A DNA stretch of 32,000 bases from Pseudoalteromonas tetraodonis (GTDB lineage: Bacteria; Pseudomonadota; Gammaproteobacteria; Enterobacterales; Alteromonadaceae), in contig NZ_CP011041.1 of NCBI RefSeq assembly GCF_002310835.1, positions 2,310,001 to 2,342,000 on the forward strand. Direction: 5' to 3'. A model generated the notes under the pieces. It had not been told where the DNA came from. It saw only the letters and a program-made list of their open reading frames with translations, and made no database searches. This document shows, one piece after another, positions 17,266-27,222 of this stretch. The first letter of the stretch is position 1, and each line of letters begins with the position of its first letter. Both the position numbers and the translations under genes were made by a program.

Positions 17266-18026
17266 TGCAACCCTTGTTAAAAGTTCAAGCCTTGTCAAAA
17301 GCCTTTAACATGCGTGCAGGTTTATTTAGCCGTAAAAAATTTGATGTACTAAAAAACATCTCATTTAGTATTGGTAAAGGTGAAACGATTGCCATTATTG
17401 GTGAAACCGGCTCAGGAAAAAGCACCCTCGCTAAATTGTTAGTTGGCGCATACAGTGCAGACAGCGGACAAATATTATTAGAAAATAACACCATTGAAAA
17501 CAACGGCCAGCGCGATGCTCAGTGCCGTTACATCCGAATGATTTTTCAAGATTCGGCCACCTCATTAAACCCGGCATTAACCATTGCAGAAATGCTCGAC
17601 GATTGCCTAAAATTTAATACCGATTTTGATAAAGATCAGCGCAGTGAAAAAATTGGCAGTACTTTACTTAAGGTCGGTTTGCTGGTTGATCATCAACAAT
17701 ACTATCCGCATATGTTTAGTATTGGGCAATTACAGCGTATAGCGCTCGCTCGCGCACTTATTTTAGATCCCAAGGTTGTTGTACTCGATGAGGCACTTTC
17801 GTCGCTTGACCCCTCTGTGAGGGCGCAAATAGTTAACTTATTACTTAAATTACAGCTCGAAACCGGTTTAACCTATATTTTGATCACCCATCACTTAAGT
17901 TTAGTGCGTCATATTAGCGACCAATTAGTCGTTCTCAATAAAGGTGAAATTGTTGAATACGGTCCCACTGAAGCTATTTTTCAAAGCCCACAGTCAAAGG
18001 TTACTCAACGCTTATTAAGCTGTTAA
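17265..18026 (+). CDS. sapF: Peptide ABC transporter ATP-binding protein SapF
   Basis: Walker A GETGSGKS, signature-like FSIGQLQRIALARAL and Walker B VVVLDEALS. I place the start at ATG 17265 (MQPLLKVQAL). It overlaps the sapD stop in TAATG, the same junction type as sapA/sapB. The ORF-track start at 17232 would overlap sapD by 34 nt. Confidence 0.9.
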   Translation: MQPLLKVQALSKAFNMRAGLFSRKKFDVLKNISFSIGKGETIAIIGETGSGKSTLAKLLVGAYSADSGQILLENNTIENNGQRDAQCRYIRMIFQDSATSLNPALTIAEMLDDCLKFNTDFDKDQRSEKIGSTLLKVGLLVDHQQYYPHMFSIGQLQRIALARALILDPKVVVLDEALSSLDPSVRAQIVNLLLKLQLETGLTYILITHHLSLVRHISDQLVVLNKGEIVEYGPTEAIFQSPQSKVTQRLLSC

Positions 18027-18037
18027 TACAAAAACAA

Positions 18038-18061
18038 AAAAGGCGCCAATTGGCGCCTTTT
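18038..18061. terminator. Bidirectional intrinsic terminator between convergent sapF and ppiD
   Basis: Sequence aaaAGGCGCCaattGGCGCCTttta. It has a 7-bp GC-rich stem, a 4-nt loop, an A-run upstream and a T-run downstream. Confidence 0.8.
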
Positions 18062-18077
18062 ATAGTTTAGCTATTAT

Positions 18078-19979
18078 TTATTCCGCAGGTTGCGCTGCTT
18101 TTGGTACATTTAGTTCCGCTTGTTGCTTAAGCGACTCAATGAATACCGTATAGTTTTTCTGTGCTTGGGCCATCGTGATATTTTGCTTCATTTGTGGCTC
18201 AATGCTGTCACTCACTAGTGCATCCGTGACTGAGTTAAGCGCAACAATAGCAGCATCACCATTGTTTAAGTTAACTACATCATAAACTGCGCCATCTCGT
18301 GGGTGCGCCATTTTAAATACTTGGGTAACAATAGCAGGCGAAACAGCAAAGCTTTCACGAGTAAGTTGCGACTCTTGACGAACGCTTAGTGACTGCTCAG
18401 CAGCAACATCGTTTAAGCTCTTACCGTCTTTGATTTGTGCAAATAAGGTACGTGCTTTTTCTTTAGCAAGATCGGACGCTTTTTCGTTTACTAAGCGTGT
18501 TTTAATTTGCTCGCTTACTTCGCTCAATGCTTTAGTTGCAGCCGGTTGATGCTCGTTAACACGAACCACAATCACGTGCTCATTACCTAGTTCGATTACT
18601 TCTGAGTTTACTTTATCTTCTAGTAATTCAACTGATGATAATGCGGTTATAACCGCAGGATTATTAAGCGGCTCAGGAAGCGCACTCAGTGCTAATAGCG
18701 GTGTAGATTGTACTTCAACACCCGCCACTTCAGCAGCATCGTCTAAGCGGTCAGAAATCTCAAATGCTAACGCACCCATTTCTGTTTGCTTCTCGTAAAA
18801 CGCATCCACTTTTTCAGCTTGTTCAAGTTCAGCACGTAAATCGGCTTTCACGGCATCGTAAGGTTTAACTTGCTGCGATTGAATGTCTGTAAGTTTAATG
18901 ATGTGATAACCAAATTCAGAGGCTACTACATCAGAGTAATCACCTTTGTTTTGCAGTGCAAAAGCAGCATCTTCAAATGCAGGCTCCATGACATCACGTT
19001 CAATCCACTCTAAGTCACCACCCATTTCGGCGCTAACAATATCATCTGACGACGATTCAGCTAATTGTGCAAAATCAGCACCCGCATTAAGCTGTGCTAA
19101 TAAAGACTCAGCTTTCGCTTTTGCCGCATCGTCATCTTCACTGTTATCAATTAAGATATGTGATACACGACGTTTTTCAGGCTCAATATATTGCGCTTTA
19201 CTCTGCTCATAATATGCTTTTACGTCGTCTTCGCTTACCGATGCAACATCGATATCATCTGCATCTAACTCAATGTAATTAACTGAAATAAGCTCTGGCG
19301 ATAAAAATTGCCCTGCATTTAATTCGTAATAATCAGCCACTTCTTGATCAGTAACGTCAACATTAGCCTGCATTGCTTGTTTATCAATGACTAAATAATC
19401 AATGCTGCGAGTTTGTTGTTGCAGTGCAATGGCTGATTTAAGCTCGTTTTGCAATGCAAAGTCAGTTCCTGCAACCGCTGACACTAACTGGCTACGTGTC
19501 ATATCATCACGAAGGTACTCTCGAAATGAATCAGGTTGGAAGTTCATTTGACGAATCACTTGTAAGTAACGGTCGTTATTAAATTGATCGCCAATTTTAA
19601 AATAAGGAAGCTCTAAAATTGTTTGACGAATACTTTCATCACTCACACGCAGACCCAGCTCAGTCGCTAACTGGCTTTGTAATTCTTGTTGTACTAAACG
19701 GTCAATCACGCCTTGACGTATTTGAGCCATATAAGTTGGATCGGCTGCTATTTGGGTAAAATATTCACCAAATTGTTGTTCTAAGCGGCTACGTTCATTT
19801 TGCAACGCACGGCTAAATTCTGTTTGGCTAATTTTAATTCCATTTACTTCAGCAACGGGTTGTTCTGTGGTTTGACCTAAGTAACTACCGATCCCAGCTA
19901 AGGCAAAAGATAAAATCACCGCGCCTAAAATGACTTTGGCTACCGGCCCTTGCGAACCTTCTCTGATTTTCTCAAGCAT
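18078..19979 (-). CDS. ppiD: Periplasmic chaperone / peptidyl-prolyl isomerase PpiD
   Basis: 633 aa with an N-terminal membrane anchor (AKVILGAVILSFALAGIGSYLG) and a central parvulin-like segment (RRVSHILI...GGDLEWIERDVMEPAFEDAAFAL...SEFGYHIIKL). Its position downstream of hupB matches E. coli. Confidence 0.93.
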   Translation of the reverse strand: MLEKIREGSQGPVAKVILGAVILSFALAGIGSYLGQTTEQPVAEVNGIKISQTEFSRALQNERSRLEQQFGEYFTQIAADPTYMAQIRQGVIDRLVQQELQSQLATELGLRVSDESIRQTILELPYFKIGDQFNNDRYLQVIRQMNFQPDSFREYLRDDMTRSQLVSAVAGTDFALQNELKSAIALQQQTRSIDYLVIDKQAMQANVDVTDQEVADYYELNAGQFLSPELISVNYIELDADDIDVASVSEDDVKAYYEQSKAQYIEPEKRRVSHILIDNSEDDDAAKAKAESLLAQLNAGADFAQLAESSSDDIVSAEMGGDLEWIERDVMEPAFEDAAFALQNKGDYSDVVASEFGYHIIKLTDIQSQQVKPYDAVKADLRAELEQAEKVDAFYEKQTEMGALAFEISDRLDDAAEVAGVEVQSTPLLALSALPEPLNNPAVITALSSVELLEDKVNSEVIELGNEHVIVVRVNEHQPAATKALSEVSEQIKTRLVNEKASDLAKEKARTLFAQIKDGKSLNDVAAEQSLSVRQESQLTRESFAVSPAIVTQVFKMAHPRDGAVYDVVNLNNGDAAIVALNSVTDALVSDSIEPQMKQNITMAQAQKNYTVFIESLKQQAELNVPKAAQPAE

Positions 19980-20025
19980 TTGTTTATCTCTTTTCTGACC
20001 AAGGTCTTTTCTACCTTGTCATATG

Positions 20026-20058
20026 TAAAAAAAGCGTATCTTACCAGATACGCTTTTT
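20026..20058 (-). terminator. Intrinsic terminator after hupB (hairpin with A/T runs on both sides)
   Basis: Stem gcgtatc (20034-20040) / gatacgc (20047-20053) with a 6-nt loop. On the minus strand a U7 tract follows (plus-strand A-run 20027-20033). A T5 run also follows on the plus strand. Confidence 0.75.
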
Positions 20059-20153
20059 CACTTGAAGTAACTGGCGGTGAAGTAACTTAATTCATCGATT
20101 AGAATAATTAAGCGTATTGTTCACTCGCCATAACTAATTTGTTTACACAGTGA

Positions 20154-20426
20154 TTAGTTTACTGCGTCTTTAAGCGCTTTACCGGCTTTAAAAGCTGGGA
20201 TGTTAGCTGCAGCAATTTGAATCGTTTCACCAGTTTGTGGGTTACGACCTGCACGAGCAGCACGCTCACGTACAGAGAAAGTACCAAAACCAACAAGTGC
20301 AACTGAGTCGCCATCTTTTAGCGCGCCAGATACAGATTCGATGAATGAATCTAGTGCACGACCTGCAGCCGCTTTAGAAATGTCAGCATCAGCTGCGATT
20401 TGATCGATTAATTGAGATTTATTCAC
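20154..20426 (-). CDS. hupB: DNA-binding protein HU-beta
   Basis: 90 aa if started at GTG 20426 ([90 protein letters not shown]). An AGAGGA SD lies 8 nt upstream. The 10-codon extension in the ORF track has no HU counterpart. Confidence 0.93.
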   Translation of the reverse strand: MNKSQLIDQIAADADISKAAAGRALDSFIESVSGALKDGDSVALVGFGTFSVRERAARAGRNPQTGETIQIAAANIPAFKAGKALKDAVN

Positions 20427-20538
20427 AATATCATCCTCTTTCATTGTTGTTATCAAGAGCGATTGTTTTTTTAAACTAACATCACTGTTTTGAAATTTTT
20501 GAGCATTTATTTAAAGCTCATATGATTATATTTTTCTT

Positions 20539-20566
20539 AAGCCTAGGCCCTGCAAGGGCTAGGCTT
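20539..20566. other. Strong GC-rich hairpin between lon and hupB, with no U-tract on either strand
   Basis: In aagcctagGccc-tgcaa-gggctaggctt, an 8-bp stem, a 1-nt bulge and a further 3 bp can pair. The flanks are ...tttttctt on the left and gaaaacc on the right, so no T-run follows on either strand. Confidence 0.55.
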
Positions 20567-20636
20567 GAAAACCAGTGCTTAACTTATCATACCGTTTAGA
20601 TTTGAAAAGCCCCTAAAAGCACTTTTTTTGGCTTTT

Positions 20637-22997
20637 TTACTGCTTTTTCGGTGTTTCGACTGAAAAACTATCAACTGGATGCACTAAAGCAAGCTTTAAT
20701 ACCTCATCAATCCATGTAACTGGGTGAATATCAAGACCCGCCAATACATTGTCAGGTATCTCTTTTAAGTCACGTTCGTTAATTTTTGGAATGATGACCG
20801 TTTTAATCCCACCACGGTGAGCCGCTAATAATTTCTCTTTTAAACCACCAATAGGCAATACTTCACCACGTAAGGTAATTTCACCTGTCATGGCTACATC
20901 AGAGCGCACCGCATTACCGGTTAAGCTTGAAACCAAACACGTTACCATTGCAATACCGGCACTTGGGCCATCTTTAGGTGTTGCACCCTCAGGTACGTGT
21001 ACGTGAATATCGCGCTTTTCATAAAAGTCGCTATTAATACGCAGCTCATCAGCACGATTACGCACAACGGTCATTGCCGCTTGAATCGACTCTTGCATTA
21101 CATCGCCTAACGAGCCGGTGTAAGTCAATTTGCCTTTACCTGGTACTGCAGCACATTCAATCGTGAGTAAGTCACCGCCTACTTCTGTCCATGCAAGGCC
21201 TGTAACTTGACCAATACGGTCGCCGTCTTCTGCTTTACCGTAATCAAAGCGTTGCACACCTAAGTATTCTTCAAGGTTATCTGCATCAATTGTCACTGTT
21301 TTAGTGTCTTTTTCGATTAAGATATTTTTAACCGCTTTACGACATAGCTTAGATACTTCACGCTCTAAATTACGCACGCCCGCTTCACGAGTGTAATAAC
21401 GGATAATACCAATGATAGCACTGTCGGCGATTTCAACTTCTTTAGCTTTTAGACCATTACGCTTAATTTGCTTAGGAATTAAGTGTTCTTTAGCAATATT
21501 TAGCTTTTCGTCCTCGGTGTAACCCGATAATCGAATCACTTCCATACGGTCTAATAAAGGACCTGGAATATTAAAGCTATTTGAGGTTGCAACAAACATC
21601 ACATCAGATAAGTCGTAATCAACTTCTAAGTAATGGTCCGCAAAATGACTGTTTTGCTCAGGATCCAATACTTCTAACAATGCTGATGCAGGGTCACCGC
21701 GCATATCTGCTGACATTTTGTCAATTTCATCTAACAAGAATAATGGGTTTTTAACGCCCACTTTAGTCATGTTTTGAATTAACTTACCAGGCATAGAGCC
21801 AATGTAAGTACGACGATGCCCACGAATCTCAGCCTCATCGCGTACACCACCGAGTGCCATACGAACGTATTTACGACCCGTTGAACGCGCAATAGACTGT
21901 CCAAGTGATGTTTTACCTACACCTGGCGGTCCAACTAAACATAAGATTGGCCCTTTAAGTTTATTTGTGCGCTGTTGTACTGCGAGGTACTCAATAATGC
22001 GCTCTTTGACTTTATCAAGGCCGTGGTGGTCGCTATCTAATATTTTTTGCGCGCCGGCTAAGTCTTTTTTCACCTTAGAGCGCTTTTTCCACGGTACGTT
22101 AATTAACGTATCTATGTATGAGCGAACAACACTGGCTTCTGCCGACATTGGCGACATCATCTTAAGCTTATTTAACTCAGCTGTGGCTTTTTCTTTCGCT
22201 TCTGATGGCATGCCAGACTCTTCAATGCGCTTTTTCAACGCTTCAAATTCATCCGGTACGTCATCAATTTCACCCAACTCTTTTTGAATCGCTTTCATTT
22301 GCTCATTGAGGTAATACTCACGCTGCGATTTTTCCATTTGCTTTTTAACGCGGGTGCGAATTTTCTTCTCAACTTGCAATAAGTCTATTTCACCTTCCAT
22401 CAGCGCCATTAAGTACTCTAAACGTTCTGTAACGCTAGATATTTCAAGTACTTTTTGTTTTTCAGGCACTTTCAATGGCATATGCGCAGCCATGGTATCA
22501 GCAAGGCGCGCTGGCTCATCAATACCAGAGACCGAGGTCATCACTTCAGGTGGAATTTTTTTATTTAATTTTACATAGCCTTCAAACTGGCTCAATGCAC
22601 TACGAATAAAGATATCTTGTTCTTGTTCGTTCACTGAATCAGACTCAATAAACTGTGCATTGGCAACGAAGAAGTCTTCGTTATCAACAAACTCTTCGAT
22701 ATTCGCACGTTGTGTGCCTTCAACTAATACTTTTACTGTACCATCGGGTAGCTTTAATAATTGAAGTACAGTCGCAATTGTCCCAACACGATAAATATCG
22801 TCTTTCTCAGGCTCATCTACAGTTGCATCTTTTTGTGCAACTAAGAAAATTTGTTTGTCTTTATCCATTGCCGCTTCAAGGCATTTTATTGATTTTTCAC
22901 GGCCTACAAAAAGCGGGATCACCATGTGTGGATACACCACCACATCGCGCAGTGCTAGCACAGGGATTTCGACTCGATCGTTTCTCTCAAGCGTCAT
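20637..22997 (-). CDS. lon: ATP-dependent Lon protease
   Basis: Collinear with E. coli Lon from [44 protein letters not shown]. It has Walker [10 protein letters not shown] and the catalytic Ser motif PKDGPSAG. I place the start at ATG 22997 (AAGAGA SD), not at the 6-codon-longer ORF-track start. Confidence 0.97.
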   Translation of the reverse strand: MTLERNDRVEIPVLALRDVVVYPHMVIPLFVGREKSIKCLEAAMDKDKQIFLVAQKDATVDEPEKDDIYRVGTIATVLQLLKLPDGTVKVLVEGTQRANIEEFVDNEDFFVANAQFIESDSVNEQEQDIFIRSALSQFEGYVKLNKKIPPEVMTSVSGIDEPARLADTMAAHMPLKVPEKQKVLEISSVTERLEYLMALMEGEIDLLQVEKKIRTRVKKQMEKSQREYYLNEQMKAIQKELGEIDDVPDEFEALKKRIEESGMPSEAKEKATAELNKLKMMSPMSAEASVVRSYIDTLINVPWKKRSKVKKDLAGAQKILDSDHHGLDKVKERIIEYLAVQQRTNKLKGPILCLVGPPGVGKTSLGQSIARSTGRKYVRMALGGVRDEAEIRGHRRTYIGSMPGKLIQNMTKVGVKNPLFLLDEIDKMSADMRGDPASALLEVLDPEQNSHFADHYLEVDYDLSDVMFVATSNSFNIPGPLLDRMEVIRLSGYTEDEKLNIAKEHLIPKQIKRNGLKAKEVEIADSAIIGIIRYYTREAGVRNLEREVSKLCRKAVKNILIEKDTKTVTIDADNLEEYLGVQRFDYGKAEDGDRIGQVTGLAWTEVGGDLLTIECAAVPGKGKLTYTGSLGDVMQESIQAAMTVVRNRADELRINSDFYEKRDIHVHVPEGATPKDGPSAGIAMVTCLVSSLTGNAVRSDVAMTGEITLRGEVLPIGGLKEKLLAAHRGGIKTVIIPKINERDLKEIPDNVLAGLDIHPVTWIDEVLKLALVHPVDSFSVETPKKQ

Positions 22998-23041
22998 TGT
23001 ATTTTCTCTTTGCACTTCATTTATTTAAAGATTACTCAAGT

Positions 23042-23070
23042 ATATGGGGATAACCTAATTAAAGTTCAAC
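23042..23070 (-). promoter_or_regulatory. Sigma32 (heat-shock) promoter of lon
   Basis: The minus strand reads GTTGAA-ctttaattaggttat-CCCCATATAC. This matches the sigma32 consensus CTTGAA-(13-17)-CCCCATNT. The -10 block lies about 45 nt upstream of the lon ATG. Confidence 0.75.
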
Positions 23071-23100
23071 AATTTTTGTTAACTCGATTAAATTAATTAT

Positions 23101-23130
23101 AAAAAAAGGAGCCATTGGCTCCCTTTTTTT
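23101..23130 (-). terminator. Intrinsic terminator after clpX
   Basis: On the minus strand, ggagcc-aat-ggctcc (23108-23122) is followed by U7 (plus-strand A-run 23101-23107). A T7 run also follows on the plus strand. Confidence 0.8.
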
Positions 23131-23146
23131 ATAATTCGCTCAGAAT

Positions 23147-24430
23147 TTAATCTGCCGCAGCGTGTTCTTGATGACTGCTATCATAAATTAAGATAGGATC
23201 AGACTCGCCTTTAATAACGGTTTCATCAACAACCACTTTGCTAACGTTATCAATTGAAGGCAGCTCATACATAGTATCAAGCAATACACCTTCTACGATT
23301 GAACGTAAGCCACGCGCACCGGTTTTACGTTCCATTGCTTTATGAGCAATAGCACGCAGTGCATCATCACGAAACTCAAGCTCAACATCTTCCATACCAA
23401 ACAATACTGAAAACTGTTTAGTAATGGCGTTTTTAGGCTCACTTAGAATTTGTACCAGCGCGGCTTCATCAAGTTCTGTCAGTGTTGCAACCACAGGTAA
23501 ACGTCCAATAAACTCTGGAATTAAACCATATTTTACTAAATCTTCTGGCTCAACATCTTTAAATGTTTCACTCAAAGAACGGCTCGCCGCCGACTCTTTA
23601 ACGTCAACACCAAAACCAATACCGGTGTTTTTATGGCTACGCTGCTCAATAACTTTATCAAGACCAGCAAATGCACCACCACAAATAAACAGTATTTTAG
23701 AGGTGTCTACTTGCAGGAACTCTTGCTGTGGATGTTTACGTCCACCTTGTGGAGGAACAGAAGCCACTGTACCTTCAATCAGTTTAAGTAAGGCTTGTTG
23801 TACACCTTCACCTGATACATCACGTGTGATTGATGGGTTATCTGATTTACGAGAAATTTTGTCAATTTCATCAATGTAAACAATACCACGTTGTGCTTTT
23901 TCTACGTCATAGTCACATTTTTGTAAAAGCTTTTGAATAATGTTTTCAACATCTTCACCTACATAACCGGCTTCGGTTAGTGTAGTGGCATCGGCCATAG
24001 TAAACGGCACATCAAGTAAACGAGCTAACGTTTCAGCTAATAATGTTTTACCACTCCCGGTTGGGCCAATTAATAAAATATTACTTTTACCTAGTTCAAC
24101 GTCTTGTTTAGTTGATTGATTGCGTAAACGCTTGTAGTGATTGTAAACCGCTACAGACAATACTTTCTTCGCATGGTCTTGACCAATAACGTAGTCGTCT
24201 AAGTGGTTACGAATTTCTTTTGGCACAGGTAATTTGTCAGCGGCATCATGCTTAGGCGCGATGTCTTTAATTTCTTCCCTGATAATATCATTACACAGCT
24301 CTACACATTCATCACAAACGTATACTGAAGGTCCTGCAATTAACTTTCGAACTTCATGCTGGCTTTTGCCACAAAAAGAGCAGTATAACAATTTATTACT
24401 TTTGTCGCCGTCTGTAGGAGTGTCAGACAT
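23147..24430 (-). CDS. clpX: ATP-dependent Clp protease ATP-binding subunit ClpX
   Basis: 427 aa with an N-terminal zinc-binding domain ([26 protein letters not shown]), Walker A GPTGSGKT and the pore loop GYVGEDV. Confidence 0.97.
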   Translation of the reverse strand: MSDTPTDGDKSNKLLYCSFCGKSQHEVRKLIAGPSVYVCDECVELCNDIIREEIKDIAPKHDAADKLPVPKEIRNHLDDYVIGQDHAKKVLSVAVYNHYKRLRNQSTKQDVELGKSNILLIGPTGSGKTLLAETLARLLDVPFTMADATTLTEAGYVGEDVENIIQKLLQKCDYDVEKAQRGIVYIDEIDKISRKSDNPSITRDVSGEGVQQALLKLIEGTVASVPPQGGRKHPQQEFLQVDTSKILFICGGAFAGLDKVIEQRSHKNTGIGFGVDVKESAASRSLSETFKDVEPEDLVKYGLIPEFIGRLPVVATLTELDEAALVQILSEPKNAITKQFSVLFGMEDVELEFRDDALRAIAHKAMERKTGARGLRSIVEGVLLDTMYELPSIDNVSKVVVDETVIKGESDPILIYDSSHQEHAAAD

Positions 24431-24561
24431 TCAGCTACCTCATTTTATTACGTTGGCCACCAAAGTCTTGGTGGCTATTTTAATACGCTTTAACTATACC
24501 AAAATTTAGTGTTTTTCGCATAGTAACTCTCATTAGCAAGCATCACTGCTTGCAGGCATAC

Positions 24562-25179
24562 TTACTTGCTACCGCGATTAGTAAATACTGAGTCAACAAT
24601 ACCGTAATCTACAGCTTGGCTTGCACTCATAAAATTGTCACGGTCTGTATCGCGTGAAACAACGTCAAGCGGTTGGCCAGTATGCTCAGCCATTAAGCGA
24701 TTTAACTTGTCTTTAATAGACAGGATTTCTTTTGCGTGTATTTCAAAGTCAGACGCTTGACCTTGGAATCCACCTAACGGTTGGTGAATCATCACGCGTG
24801 AATTTGGTAAACAAAAACGTTTACCCTTCGCGCCACCAGACAGTAAAAATGCGCCCATGCTAGCCGCTTGGCCTACACAGATTGTGCTTACGTCTGGTTT
24901 AATGAAGTTCATTGTATCGTAAATAGCCATTCCCGCAGTGACAGAGCCACCCGGTGAATTGATATATAAGAAAATATCTTTCTCTGGGTTCTCTGATTCT
25001 AAAAATAGCATTTGCGCTAAGATCAGGTTTGCCATGTTGTCTTCAACTTGGCCCGTTAAAAAGATAATACGCTCTTTTAATAGTCTCGAATAAATATCAA
25101 ACGAGCGCTCGCCTTTAGCTGTTTGCTCAACAACCATAGGGACTAATGCGTTTAGGGGATCTGTCATACCAGTGTTCAT
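24562..25179 (-). CDS. clpP: ATP-dependent Clp protease proteolytic subunit ClpP
   Basis: 205 aa with the ClpP catalytic-site contexts [11 protein letters not shown] (Ser) and [10 protein letters not shown] (His). Confidence 0.97.
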   Translation of the reverse strand: MNTGMTDPLNALVPMVVEQTAKGERSFDIYSRLLKERIIFLTGQVEDNMANLILAQMLFLESENPEKDIFLYINSPGGSVTAGMAIYDTMNFIKPDVSTICVGQAASMGAFLLSGGAKGKRFCLPNSRVMIHQPLGGFQGQASDFEIHAKEILSIKDKLNRLMAEHTGQPLDVVSRDTDRDNFMSASQAVDYGIVDSVFTNRGSK

Positions 25180-25338
25180 ACTTATTTAATTCCTTATGCG
25201 CTTATACTTATTCTAAGAAAAGCATAATGATCATTTTTAGCTAATTAAGAACCACAAACTAAAATGGCCCGGGCACACTGCATAAACAGAGTAACACGAG
25301 CCATTTAATCGTTAGCGAGCGCTTAAGTCAATGACTTA

Positions 25339-26643
25339 TTATGCACCTTGCTGTGGATTCATGATGTCATCAAATGCTTTTTCAACATCAGTCACAGTTG
25401 CTTTAGCTAAAATAGCTTCAACAGCTTGCTCTTCCATTGCTACATTACGCATTTGCTGCATTAGTTGATCATTTGCTTTGTAGTATTCTACTACTTCAGT
25501 TGGATCTTCGTATGCAGAAGCTACAGTAGCAATCAATGCTTCAACTTTAGCGTCATCAACTTTGATGTCATTCGCTTTAATCACTTCACCTAATAATAGG
25601 CCAGTTTTAACACGTGTTACAGCTTGCTCGTGGAACAATTCAGCTGGAAGCTCTGGCATGTTTTGACCATTGCCACCAAAACGTTGAGCAGCTTGCTGAC
25701 GTAGTGCGTCAACTTCTTGGTCGATTAATGCTTTAGGCACTTCAACTTCGTTTTGCTCTAAAAGACCTTTGATTGCTTGGTCTTTAACGTTAGCTTTAAC
25801 CGCTTGGTCTAGCTCACGCGTCATGTTCTTTTTAACTTCTTCTTTAAGCGCGTCTACGCCGCCTTCGGTAACACCGAATTTAGTTGCAAACTCATCGCTT
25901 AATTCAGGTAATTCTTGCGCTTCAACTTTTTTCACTGTGATAGTGAATTGAGCCGCTTTACCTTTTAAGTTTTCAGCATGGTAATCTTCAGGGAAGTTTA
26001 CATCAGCAACCACTTCTTCGCCTGCTTTTTTACCAACGATGTTATCTTCAAAACCCGGGATCATACGACCTTGACCAAGTTCTAATGGAAAGTCTTCAGC
26101 TTTGCCGCCTTCAAATTCTTCGCCGTTGATAGTACCAACGAAATCAACCGTTACACGGTCGTTTGCGCCAGCCGCTGCATCAACATCAGCCCAAGAAGCG
26201 TGTTGCTTACGAAGTGTTTCAAGCATGTTAGCTAAATCTTCGTCAGTAACTTCTACCGCTGGTTTTTCAACAGTAATTTTCTCTAAACCTTGAACTTCAA
26301 CTTCAGGGTAAACTTCAAATGTTGCTGAGAATTCTAAATCTTTACCTGCTTCAAGTGCTTTAGGAGCAAATGTTGGTGCGCCTGCAGGGTTAATTTTTTC
26401 AGCAACAATTGCTTCAATGTAATTACGTTGCATTACTTCGCCAGCAACTTCTTGACGAACAGCTGGTCCGAAACGCTTGTTGATTACTGATACTGGAACT
26501 TTACCAGCACGGAAACCGTCGATACGCTGCGTTTTTGACAGTTGTTGTAAGCGTTTTTTTACTTCGGTCTCAACGTTCTCTGCAGGAACGGTGATGGTCA
26601 GACGGCGCTCAAGGCCTTGAGTCGTCTCAACAGAAACTTGCAT
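25339..26643 (-). CDS. tig: Trigger factor
   Basis: 434 aa with the ribosome-binding signature region GFRAGKVP, a central FKBP-type PPIase domain and an acidic C-terminal domain. It lies upstream of clpPX-lon, as in E. coli. Confidence 0.96.
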   Translation of the reverse strand: MQVSVETTQGLERRLTITVPAENVETEVKKRLQQLSKTQRIDGFRAGKVPVSVINKRFGPAVRQEVAGEVMQRNYIEAIVAEKINPAGAPTFAPKALEAGKDLEFSATFEVYPEVEVQGLEKITVEKPAVEVTDEDLANMLETLRKQHASWADVDAAAGANDRVTVDFVGTINGEEFEGGKAEDFPLELGQGRMIPGFEDNIVGKKAGEEVVADVNFPEDYHAENLKGKAAQFTITVKKVEAQELPELSDEFATKFGVTEGGVDALKEEVKKNMTRELDQAVKANVKDQAIKGLLEQNEVEVPKALIDQEVDALRQQAAQRFGGNGQNMPELPAELFHEQAVTRVKTGLLLGEVIKANDIKVDDAKVEALIATVASAYEDPTEVVEYYKANDQLMQQMRNVAMEEQAVEAILAKATVTDVEKAFDDIMNPQQGA

Positions 26644-26997
26644 GATTTACCTCAATATTCAATTTTGGCGACTGTTCGCCTTCCTTACAAACAAAGTAAT
26701 CTATAGGCGTCTTGATAAAATTCAAGCTTTGGGGCTTAAAAAAATCCGTCGCTACCAGGAGATACCATTGCTGCTTTGCCCTTAGGGCACTATATTATTA
26801 AACAAATAGACGCGGCATTATAACCTAATATTTATGATAGTCGAGTGTAGGGGGCAATTATTTGGGGTAGATCAGGGTAGATAACGACTAAGCGAATAAA
26901 AAACAGACTAATTAAGTGAAAATACGATTAATAAAGAAAAAATTAAGGATGTTGTGTAATAAAAGTAGAATTTAGATGTGTTTTACTTAGGGGAAAA

Positions 26998-27074
26998 TGG
27001 TCGGCGATGCAGGATTTGAACCTGCGACCCCTTGGACCCAAACCAAGTGCGCTACCAAACTGCGCTAATCGCCG
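26998..27074 (-). tRNA. tRNA-Pro (anticodon UGG), copy 1 (last gene of the operon)
   Basis: The reverse complement folds as a cloverleaf: acceptor CGGCGAT/ATCGCCG, D-arm GCGC-AGTTTGGTA-GCGC, anticodon arm CTTGG-TTTGGGT-CCAAG (anticodon TGG), T-arm GCAGG-TTCAAAT-CCTGC, discriminator A and an encoded CCA. Length 77 nt. Confidence 0.95.
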
Positions 27075-27128
27075 ATATAACTTTTTTTGAATACTTAAAT
27101 GTTGGATTTAAGACCACTTATAAGAAAG

Positions 27129-27205
27129 TGGTCGGCGATGCAGGATTTGAACCTGCGACCCCTTGGACCCAAACCAAGTGCGCTACCAAACTGCGCTAAT
27201 CGCCG
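27129..27205 (-). tRNA. tRNA-Pro (anticodon UGG), copy 2
   Basis: The 77 nt are identical to copy 1 by direct comparison. Confidence 0.95.
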
Positions 27206-27222
27206 ATATTCTTTTTGTAAAT

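Noticed and set aside
20063-20087. Interpreting the TGAAGTAACT direct repeat as a CpxR box pair for ppiD
   Set aside because: The CpxR consensus GTAAA-N5-GTAAA has a 10-bp period. Here the GTAAC cores are 15 bp apart, and the hupB terminator lies between the repeat and ppiD. I kept it as an unexplained repeat and rejected it as a CpxR site.
23424-23879. 151-aa ORF antisense to clpX. Similar cases are 21967-22287, 22354-22578 and 22655-23053 (opposite lon), 29133-29615 (opposite EamA), 18946-19282 (opposite ppiD), and 25769-26293 (opposite tig).
   Set aside because: All are embedded antisense in highly conserved genes and have Ser/Cys/Thr-rich, motif-free translations. I treat them as frame shadows. 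Only Ribo-seq could argue otherwise.
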